Shown here: in pieces, positions 44,512 through 64,000 of the stretch
Layout: each line of letters opens with the position of its first letter
Position numbering within the stretch: position 1 is the stretch's first letter
Source of the DNA: Neocallimastix sp. 'constans'
Taxonomy: Eukaryota
Length of the DNA stretch: 64,000 bases
Reading direction: 5' to 3'
Assembly: GCA_050613775.1 (NCBI GenBank)
Contig: JBODTK010000106.1
Location: forward strand, 496,001 to 560,000
Notes under the pieces: model-generated
The model's database searches: none
What the model was told of the DNA's origin: nothing
The model's input: only the letters and a program-made list of their open reading frames with translations
Program-made: the position numbers and the translations under genes

Positions 44512-45722
44512 TTAGGCTAGGACTTCAAATTCTTTTAAATTACAATTAGAACCACTTCCTTTAATGGCTTTATATAATTTCATTTTGAGTTTTTCGTAGA
44601 TTAAAATATTTTTTGTGACATATGAAAAAAGAGATTTTCTTACCTCTGACATTGACGTCCTTTTAAGTTCTTTAGCAATATTGAATGAAGTTGATATAGA
44701 TTTCATAGAAACATTATCAATACTAATATCAGGATCTGGAATCACTTCCTCTAATACACTAAAAATAATTATAGTCAAAAATTGATTCTTTTTCATTTAT
44801 ACATTTTAATCTATCCCATTTAATTGTCTTTTTAGGCAGAAAGAAAGAAATATCTGTATTATCTAATGAAAAAAATTTACCTCTTATTAATAAAAGGTTT
44901 ATGATCCGAAATAAGGGGAAAGTCAATAAAAGTACCATATGAAAGTAAATCTAACATATAATCATTGACAATCGCATAATCTATATCAGATTCTCTATTA
45001 CCTCTAACCTGAACTTGAATTTGAATTTGAACTTGAATTTGAACTTGTACTTGAACTTGAACTTGAACTTGAATCTGTATTTGAACTTGAATTTGAATTT
45101 CGACTTAAATTTGTATTTGAGATTGAAGTAGTGAATAGGTTGATATTATACGATGAATTAACTTTTTTTTTTGATAAAACCAAAATGTTTTCTTTTGAGA
45201 GAAGAAAAAATTATATTTATAATTCCTTTTTGCTACAATCAATAACATTAATTGAAGCACGTGGTAAACTATTAACTAATACATTCAGTAATAGATGATA
45301 TTTTCTTCTTCATTTCCTACTATTTTAATTTTAAAGAATACATCGTTAAAATTAGCAATACGTTTAACTGATAAAACCTTAATATTTAATTCTTTCAGAA
45401 TTTTCTTTAAATGTTTTGATTTCTGGCCATGATCGAAGTCCGCGGATAAAGATTATTTAATTTGAGTATCAAAAAGTATTTAATGACAAAGATTGAATTG
45501 ATGAAATATAAATGGCATAAAATTAGTAAAAGAGTTAAAATAAATTACTATAAGATTTAGAGTAAAGCCATCTTTTACAACGGGATACATGAAATATATA
45601 GTATATAGTTGTAAATACGTAAATACAATTGAATAAAATAGATTCTTACATGAGAATAGTAATACTACATGATAATAGAAATACATTGATAATGTATTAC
45701 TTATTCTTGGGTGTAACTATAC

Positions 45723-45757
<35 letters not shown>

Positions 45758-45960
45758 TTTTTTATTTATTTATTTATTATTTTTAATCAACGAGTTAACT
45801 CAAGAGATCTATTTAATAACTGGTATAATGCTGGTAAGGTAATCCTTGAGGCAAATTATAAATGAAACATTGGACCGAGAACTCTTTAAATAGAAGTTTC
45901 TTTTAAAACGTCTTTATACCTCAGAATTAATAAATTGTAGATCATCAAAAGCTAAATTTT
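44512..45960 (-). mobile_element. Degenerate non-LTR (LINE) retrotransposon remnant
   Basis: Minus 45008-44885 reads VRGNRESDIDYAIVND...ISDHKPF, the C-terminal IDY/SDH motifs of an APE endonuclease. Preceded by broken Ser-rich ORF pieces. Boundaries approximate. Confidence 0.65.
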
Positions 45961-46000
45961 CACCAAAAAAAAAAAAAAAGAAAATAATTGAATGTATAAT

Positions 46001-46035
<35 letters not shown>

Positions 46036-46299
46036 TTTATATATATATATTTTGAAACATATTTATTTCTAATTTTCTTTAAACATCGAAATATAATACT
46101 ATTATTTCAATTGATGATATTATTTATTATAATAATAAAGATTTATAGATTTACATCTATATATACATATTTTCAATTATTTGTATTCTTATTTGATTTT
46201 ATAATTATTATTATAATTATTATTATAATTATTATTATAATTATTATTATAATTATTATTATAATTATTATTATAATTATTATTATAATTATTATTATA

Positions 46300-46335
<36 letters not shown>

Positions 46336-46406
46336 TTAACCTATTATATATATCAGTTAGATAATTTATCATCTTTTAAATTTCTAATATAACATAAAAA
46401 ACAACA

Positions 46407-46474
<68 letters not shown>

Positions 46475-46797
46475 GAAATGAAGATAATGAAGTGAAGGAA
46501 AAGAAATACGAATATAATATTAACTGATACTTTTTATATTATATCATATTTATATATTTATATATTTATTATATGTTTTTATTATTATTTATTTATTATT
46601 TTTATTTTATTTTTTATATTTTATTTTATTTTATTTTATTTTTTTTTTAATTTATTATTTATTTTTTAATTTTTTTTTATTTTTATTTTTATTTTTCTTT
46701 TTTTGTATTTTTATTTTTATTTTTATTTTATTTTTTTTTTTTTTTTTCATTTTTTTATTTTTTCCCAATATTATCATTTTTATTATCAAATAAAATG

Positions 46798-46828
<31 letters not shown>

Positions 46829-46952
46829 TTTTGTTTCAAATTTTATTTTCATTATCCTAATTTTTTATTATTATAATTAATTTAAAAAAAAATTTAATAA
46901 GCTCTTATAATTGAAGAGAAAAAAAAAAAAAAAATTCTTTTTTTTATTACAT

Positions 46953-53535
<6,583 letters not shown>

Positions 53536-53822
53536 CTTTGTTGTTTATTTTATCGGTTAAATTAAATCTATATAATTATATATATATTTAATGTTATTTT
53601 TTTTTTATGTTTAGACTGATTATAACTTTTTAAATCCTTTATGTTATCTTTTCCCTATTATTTTATATTAATTAAAATAAATTTGAATTTTAAAATATTA
53701 TAATATATTATATGTTTAATTTATATTTCTTAATAACTAATACTTTTAAAAAAATTTTTTTCTATAATAATCTACAATTATTCATATTATTTTAATTTTA
53801 TCATTATTTGAAAATTTATTTA

Positions 53823-53854
<32 letters not shown>

Positions 53855-54327
53855 ATACCTTTTCAATAATTGATAATACTTATTTTTATATAAAATCTTA
53901 TTCTTTTTACTATTAGGTGATGTATGTTACATATAAAAAAAAAAATACTATTAAATACTAATATATAATATAATATTATTAATATAAATAAAAAAAATTA
54001 AAAATAAAAATAAAAAAAAAATTCTCTTAATAATTTCAATTATACTTTAAAGTAAATAATGAAAAATTTATAAATTTTTAACAAATTTTTGTTATATAAA
54101 TTTTTATATATAAAAAGAAAGATTTTATGTCCATAAATAGAATTTTAATTATTTATTTTTATTTATTTGTTAATATTTTATTTTATTCTATTATTTTTTT
54201 TTTTTTAAAAAAAAAGAATTATAATATATAGTATAAAATTTAAAATGATTTTATATAAACAATAAAAAGAAAATATATTGAAAAAAATTATTAGTATAAA
54301 CAAAGATTAATATTATATATATAAGAT

Positions 54328-56063
<1,736 letters not shown>

Positions 56064-56386
56064 CTTTCCAATGACTATTGAAATATATAATTTTTATAAT
56101 ATATATTTTTTACAAATAATATGGATTTAATATCTATTCTATCACCATTTACATTGATATATTTTTTTATATCAGTCATATCAATATTTATTGTGTTATT
56201 TTAAATATATTATCTCATAATAATTTTATATAATAAAAAATTTTTTTTTTTTTCACATTCAATATATTTATACAAGAATTATTTATATTATATATTATTA
56301 TAAAAATAATATATAAAATGATTCTTTTTTTTTTTTTTAATTTGATATTTCTTTTAACGTTTTTATTATTTAATTATTTTAAACAA

Positions 56387-56440
<54 letters not shown>

Positions 56441-56744
56441 TAAAAAAGAAAATAATTAAAAAAAAATTTTTTTTTAATGAGTAAAGATAAATTATTAACT
56501 TAATCAAAAAATTTTTTTTAATGAGTAAAGATAAATTATCAATTTAATCAATTTAAAGAATTATTTTTAAAATTATTTATTTTTTTTTTTTTTTTTTAGT
56601 ATTATCTTATTACATTTTTTTAAAAATAAAATATATTATAAATCTTTAAAATTTTTTTCATGAAAAAAAAAAAAAAAATCAACAATATAATTATTTCGTA
56701 ATCATTTGATTATATCATTTACTATTAAAATGAATTTTATCTAC

Positions 56745-58373
56745 TTAAACACGTCTACTACTTTGTCTGTCAGGTAATGTATTGCTATATTGATAATTAT
56801 TATATTGATTATTAGAGCTTAAGAAAGTCATTGGTAATACACCAACCATTCTAGTTCTACTATTTCTACCAAAAGCCCAACCATCGTCAAATGTTTGAAC
56901 AATAATAACTTCATCTCCTTGTTCAATAGCCAATTCATCAGGTTGTCTTGGAGTGAAGGAAGAAATTGCGAAGTATTGAGTTGGAGGAATAAGTCCTTTC
57001 TGGTTTAGAGCAGGATCACCTTCCATGCCAGTAGCTTCATTAGAACCTACTTGATTTTGAGTCATCTGTTGTTGCATTTGCTGTTGTTGCATTTGTTGTT
57101 GTTGCATTTGCTGTTGTTGCATTTGCTGTTGCATTTGTTGTTGTTGCATTTGTATTTGATTATTATCATTGTACATCATTTGTTGATTTTGTTGATATTG
57201 ATTATTATAATTATTCATATCTTGATAATTACTGTTTTGATTATAGTTATTAATATTTTGTTGTTGATTATAATTACCCATTAACTGTTGTTGATTATAA
57301 TTACCCATTGGTTGTTGCTGATTATCATTCTTAGTCAACGTACCATAGTAATACTGTTGACTTGGATTGCTGTAAGTATTATAAAATTGATTTGAATTAT
57401 CTTGTGGATAATTATAATTTTCTTGTGATTCTTGATAACCTGGTGGTTGAATATTAGTTTGTTGTTGATTATTATCAAGTGTTAGATTATTATTATTATT
57501 ATTATTATAGGTAGTATTATCATTTGTTTGAATTTGGTTTTCAGTATTTCCACTAATATATTTATTATATTATAATATTAATAATAATTTACAAAGAAAA
57601 TATAAAAATTTTAAATTAATATATAATTACAATAACTTTGATTTTTTAAGTTAACTTAAAAAATAATAATTACTTTTATATTTTTTCCATATGATAAAAA
57701 TAAAAAAAAAAAAAAAAAAAACTTACATATTACTTTCATTAACATTTAAGTATGCAAATTGATTACTTAAATTATTATCTAAGCTGTTGTCATTATTATT
57801 AGTGTTTGTATTAATATAATTATAATTAACCGGTTCTTGATAATTATTAGAATTATAATTAACTGCCGCATTATTATTGTAATTATAATTATTATAATAG
57901 TTATCAGTTAAAGAATATTGTTGAGGTTGTTCATTGTAATTACTTTGATAATTATTATTATTGGCATAATTTTTAGCCATTTCTTTTTGTTGTTTCTTTT
58001 TCTCGCTATTAACTTTTGCAGTTTGTTCAGCCTTTATTAAAGCAACTTCTAAATCTTTTAATAATTTATCCATTCTATTTTCGAAAGCATCAAAATTTTC
58101 ACCTTTATTTTTGATAATACGTTGGAATGGACCACTTTTCTTTTCTTTTATGTTTAATAAGGAAGTTTTAATTTCAGAATTTAAAAGTTTAATTTCATTA
58201 ATGCTTGTTTTCAAAGGAGCAATACCAGCATCGTCATCTTCTTTGGAATAAATATCTTCCAAAATTTGCAATAAAGGTTCTATCATTGTTGATCTTTTAT
58301 ATAAATTTTGAAGTTCCTTTGATGCAATTTGATACTTTGCATTTATTTCAGCAGTAAAATTTTGACTTTCCAT
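56745..58373 (-). CDS. Two-exon protein: helical N-terminus, Asn/Gln-rich middle, C-terminal SH3 domain
   Basis: Intron 57726-57553 (GTAAGT...TAG) joins in frame; SH3 YFAISSFTPRQPDELAI...DDGWAFG...VGVLPMTFL. Confidence 0.85.
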
Positions 58374-59276
58374 GTTTTTTATTTATTTATTTACTTATAT
58401 ACTATTTGATATTTATAATAATATAATATTAATATATATAAAATATTAGTATATATTTGAATATTTACTAATATTAATAATAAAATAAAAAAATTTTATA
58501 TATTGTTAATGATTAATAATATTTTTTTTTTAAAAAAACATTTTTAAATAAATATCGAATATTGAATTTATTCTAATTATAATTATCATATTTTACAATT
58601 AAAAAAAAAAAGTTAAAATTGAGATAAAATAATATGTATAAATTTTCATCAATATATCAATTAAAACAAAAATTTAAAAAAAAAAAAAAAAAAAATAGAT
58701 TGAAATTAATAAAATAGAAATATGGAATATAGAATTAAAAAAAAAATAAATAAATTTTAAGTTATTTTCTATACTATTTACCTTTTTTTTTTTAATTAAA
58801 TTTAATTATCTTAGATTATATATATATATCGATTATCATAAAATAACAGGAATGTTAAAAAAGAAAGAAAAAAATAATAAATATTGTATTTGATAAATGA
58901 TTTCTGATTTGTTTTATAAATTTAAATATTAATTAATTTAATTATTAGATATTATGATTTAATTTTGAATTTATGAATTATTTATAGGCTTTATTATTAT
59001 TATTATTTTGTTTTATTTTGTTTTATTTATTTACTTAATATATATATTTCATTATATATTATTGAAAATTTAATATTTTTTTCCTTCTTTCTTATTCTAT
59101 GTAAATTATTTTATTATAAAAGTTTACTCTTAATTATTTTATTAGAATAACTTCTATTTCCTATCTTTTTTTTTTTAACTCAAAATAAAGAATTTTTTTT
59201 TATTTTCAAGATAGTATAAAAATATATATATAATATAAAAGTTTAAAATAAAAGAAATAAAAGAAATAAAAATAAA

Positions 59277-59313
<37 letters not shown>

Positions 59314-62300
59314 AAATCATAGAATATTAATATAATTGTAATATATATAATATTTAGAATATTTAAATAATAAAAAAAAAAACTTGATGCTTATAATCAA
59401 ATTAAAAAAAAATATTTTTGTGAATTTTTCCTTATAATATTTAATATATTTAAATATTTACATATTGAACAATGAATATATAATTAATATATAATTAATA
59501 TATAATTAATTAATATATAATATATATTTATTAAATTTAAATTGTGTGACATAATAATTTACATATATATTATTAATATATAATTTACGTATTGAAAATA
59601 AATAGAATATTATATTTTAATATATTTAGATTATATATTATAATACTTATAATCAATTAAATAGATGTTAATTTATTAAATCAATTTTCTATTTATTTTT
59701 TAATAGTTTAAACAATATATACTTAAATTATTATTTTATAATATTAATATATTTATTTAATATATTACCGTTTTTTTTTGTTTTTTTTTTTTATAATTAG
59801 CATTTCATGAAATTTTTATAATAAATTAATATAATATATATTGTTATGAAAAATTATATGTGGTACAATTATATTTATTATATATATTTATTATTCATAA
59901 ATATAATATCAATATAAATATTAATATAAATATAAATATACATATAAATAAATAAAAATAGTTTATATAAAAAGAAATAAAAGAAATTAAGATATATTAT
60001 AAAAATTTACAAAATCTGTAATTTCTCTTATTTAATATTCAACTATTTATTTTATTTTATTATATTTTATATTTATATTTAATATTCTACTATTTATTTT
60101 ATTTTATTAGTATTAAGAAATATATAAATAATGTTAATAAACAAATATTGTTAACTTTATTTTGTATTTAGTATATACATGATATTTATTAATTAGAATC
60201 ATATATGATTGATGATACTAGACTTTTAAAAAATTTTATATTTAATTTATTATATTTTATTAGTTCAAAAAATTTTATATTTATTATATTTTATTAGTAT
60301 AAGAAATATGTATATAAAATAATAATAAAAAAAATAAACAAAGAAAAAGAAATAATAAATATTATAGTTTTAATAATTATGATAAAAAAAAAATTTTTTT
60401 TTTTTTGATATGAAAGAATTTTCTCAAAATTAATAATAAAAAAATACAAAAAAAATTTTTTTTTGATATAAAATACAAACTTAAAAATATATAAATATTA
60501 TTCAATGAACATCATGGGTAGTAATAAATAAAAACAAAATATTAACAATTTATTATAATAGAAAAGTTTCCATAAAAAACTAATAATTGTTATATATTAA
60601 CAGTATATAATTGAAAAAATATTAAAAACAATTTTTGTATTTAATAAAAAAAAAAAAATAGTAATAATTAGTATTTGAAATTTGAACAGAACAGTATTAT
60701 TTAAAAAGAAGAAAAAAAAATATAATTAACAATTAAAAAACAATTTTTTAATTTTAATTGTTATTATTTTTTTAAAATAAGATAAATATAAATATAAATA
60801 TAAAGAATTAATCTTTTAAAGGTATTTATGTATAAAAATAATTAAAAAGTTAATTTATTCATTTATTTAAATTTTTGATATATTAAAAATTCAAAATAAA
60901 AACAAAAACCAATAATAGAAATAAAAAAAAAGTTTTTGATATATTAAAAATATAAAATAAAAACAAAAATCAATTAATTATATTAATTATATAAATAAAT
61001 AAATAAATAAATAAATAAAAAAAAAAAAAAAGTAGAAAAATAATAGAAATGAAAATATAATCTAATTAGATAATAATAAAATGAAAGTAAAAATAAAAAT
61101 AAAATAGGATAAAATAATAAAATAAAATAAAATAAAATAAAATAAAATAAAATAAATAGTAGAATAATAAATATAAACTACAGATTGAATAAAATAAAAT
61201 AAAATAAAATAAAATAAAATAAAATAAAATAAAATAAAATAAAATAAAATAAAATAACATAGAATAAAAATATTATAATTAGAAATATACTATTTATTAA
61301 TTATTACAATATTGATTGTACTAAAATAAAATATAAATTTATATATATATTGAAATAAGAAATATATATATATGCATGAAAATAATTAAATAAAGTAAAT
61401 ATAAAATTTTATATAAAATTTTGAGATTTAAAAAAAAAAAAAAAAAAAAAAAATAAATAAATAAATAAATAAAATAAAATAAAATAAAATAAACCAATTA
61501 AAAATAAAATTTTATAAAAATAAAGTTAATGTAATACAATGAAAACTATAACAAGAATTTTAAAGTTAATTAAGGTATTTATGATGTGAATTTAAATTGT
61601 TTCTACCAAAAATATTTAATAAAAATAGACATTAAAAATTAACACCCGTACAATAGATAGTGTGGTGTCTACTATACTATACCATACTCAAAACCTATGA
61701 GAAAATTTCTTCTTTATCATATCGGTTAGAAAAAATAAATAAATAAATAAATAAATAATATTATTATTATTATTAATTAAAAAAAAAAATATAAAAATTA
61801 AAAATAAATTATTTCTTCTTTTCTTTTTTTTTATTTCTTGTTAACAATCTCAAAAATATTTATATATATATATATATATATAAATTATAGAAAGTAAAAG
61901 CTATACATAAAAAATATATATAATAAATTTAAATATTTAATTAATAAAAAATAAAAAAAAAAAAAATAATAAAATCTCTTATATAATAATTAAAAACTAT
62001 TAATTTATTTTTTTTATTTTGTTAAAATCTTTTTTTTTATAAAAAATTACGATTACAATTTTATTTATTAATTATTGTTTAAATTAATTATTTTTATTTA
62101 TTTATTATTATTATTTTTTTTTATTATATTATATTATTAATTATTAATTATTTATTTTTATTTTTATTTTTATAATATATATTATTATTTTTTTTTTATT
62201 GAATTATATTATGTTATTACTATTTATTAATGATTATATAAATTATAATTATTAGTACTATGATATGATTGTTATTAATATAATTATTGAAATAAAATTA

Positions 62301-62607
62301 TAAAATTAATAAATATTAATTTTTATTATAATTTATAATTGATTTGATTATTTTTTAATTTACCATCATTATATTATATTTTATTTTATTTTTTATTTTT
62401 TATTTTTTTTTTTTTTTAAAATATTATTTCTATATTAAATAAAATAAAATAATAATATAAAATTAATGTTAATAATAGTATTTAATAATTATAATTTTAT
62501 TTTCTATTTAAATTGTATCTATCATATAAATATTTTGATAATTAGATAATTCAATAGATCATATCCAAAACTATATATAAAAAAAAAATTATAAACCAAT
62601 ATATTTA

Positions 62608-62667
<60 letters not shown>

Positions 62668-62757
62668 TTAATGGTATAAAATTTTATTATAAATTTTAAT
62701 TTTTTTTTTTCTTTTTTTCTTTTTTTTTTTTTTATTTTATTTTTTTTTATTTTTTTT

Positions 62758-62799
<42 letters not shown>

Positions 62800-62831
62800 T
62801 TACTACGATTATTAATTAATTGGATTTTCTT

Positions 62832-64000
62832 TTATTCACTTTCATCACCCAGAATATCACATAACATCAATATACTACTTTGTTTCTTAATACTATCATT
62901 TGAATTAGATGTATTGAATGATTTACTTCTTTTACTAACTGAATTATCTGAATTTGGATAGGATGATAATGAACGTGTTCTTGGTATGATTTCTGAATAG
63001 ATATTTAATTGTCGATCTGTTAATAATTCCGGTTTAAAAGAATTATTATGTGGTAAATTTGAATGTTTTTTTCTTTCATTTAAAGAGGCCGAACGATCAA
63101 GAGGACTTGCCATGATTTTACCTTTTTCTATATATTCCGGTTTACTTTCCCTTCTTACAGGAATCCTATCTAAACTATTAGTTGTTCTTTTAGGAAGTTT
63201 ATCCATATCATTTATAATTAATAATTTATTATAATCATCTTCTAAATTCTTATAATCTTTTAGTATTTGATTGTTTTTATCTTCTAATATATGATTATTT
63301 TCTTCTAAATGATGAATCTTCTGTTTAGCATATTCTAATTCTAGGGTTATATCTTCTAAATCCATATTACTTAATACTTTAGCCTCTTCTAATTCATCAC
63401 GTAAATCTTGTATTTCTAGTTTCATTCTTTCAAATTCTTCTTCTTTTTCTTTTGTCATTTTATTTTGCTTATCATCAACATCATTTTTATTATTATTTGC
63501 ATTATTTTTATCATCATTTTTATCATCTCTATCATTCTTATCATCTATATTATTTTTATTTTTATCATCTATTTCACTTGTACTCTCTTTGTCTTTTTTG
63601 TCATCTATATCATTTTTATCTCTCTTAGTATTGTCTTCATAAGGCTCATTACTTTTTTCTTTCTTTTCATATGTTTCATCTTTTAATCCTTTTTCGTTTG
63701 TATCATCTGAATCTATCATATTTATCATTAAATCTAAATCATCATCTATTGCAGATTCAAAACTTTCACGACTTTCATTGAGAGAATGTTTTGAGTTAAA
63801 CTGCTTTTTAGCTTGAAGTAAACTTTCCTTCAATTCTTCGATTTCCTTTTTATATTTTTGAGATTGTAAACGTTCATGTTCTAATTCATCTAAAATTTTT
63901 TCCTTTTCTTTTAATAATAAATTATATGAGGAACTCTTTTGATCAGATAGTGAAGTAGACGTAGAAGTAGAAGTAGAATCGTTAACATTTTGATGGTTAA
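62832..64000 (-). CDS. 3' end of an uncharacterised coiled-coil, acidic protein (partial)
   Basis: Long open frame running to the window edge with charged heptad-like segments; no recognisable domain. Confidence 0.75.
   Translation of the reverse strand, partial: NHQNVNDSTSTSTSTSLSDQKSSSYNLLLKEKEKILDELEHERLQSQKYKKEIEELKESLLQAKKQFNSKHSLNESRESFESAIDDDLDLMINMIDSDDTNEKGLKDETYEKKEKSNEPYEDNTKRDKNDIDDKKDKESTSEIDDKNKNNIDDKNDRDDKNDDKNNANNNKNDVDDKQNKMTKEKEEEFERMKLEIQDLRDELEEAKVLSNMDLEDITLELEYAKQKIHHLEENNHILEDKNNQILKDYKNLEDDYNKLLIINDMDKLPKRTTNSLDRIPVRRESKPEYIEKGKIMASPLDRSASLNERKKHSNLPHNNSFKPELLTDRQLNIYSEIIPRTRSLSSYPNSDNSVSKRSKSFNTSNSNDSIKKQSSILMLCDILGDESE

Noticed and set aside
58400..62800. Hidden gene in the long intergenic tract
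   Set aside because: No exon-like composition; only homopolymers, simple repeats and small local duplications.

Overview
Extremely AT-rich, intron-rich eukaryotic DNA. Composition and gene content fit an anaerobic gut fungus (Neocallimastigomycota); this is an inference. Bases 1-15.9 kb are a retrotransposon nest. A decayed Copia element is split just before its RT YVDD motif by a minus-strand chromoviral Gypsy element (2426-14554, TSD TTTAC, TA...TA ends). That Gypsy is itself split in its RT by a very young non-autonomous Gypsy (6478-10875, TSD GCTAC) encoding an in-frame Gag-protease-chromodomain fusion. The two Gypsy families have largely dissimilar LTRs but share three cis-elements: a tRNA-like A-box/B-box (Pol III/TFIIIC) module in U3, a Tf1-type self-priming PBS, and a covarying hairpin before the PPT. 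Downstream are a triplicated LTR-end/flank segment and a multi-exon solute-binding-protein/class-C 7TM receptor gene. A near-intact second Copia (30029-36528) has a tRNA-Lys(CUU) half-molecule PBS, a candidate -1 frameshift and TG...AA ends. The rest holds a BTB gene, a LINE remnant, coronin-7 head-to-head with an ATG101 lacking the WF finger, an SH3 gene and a partial coiled-coil gene.
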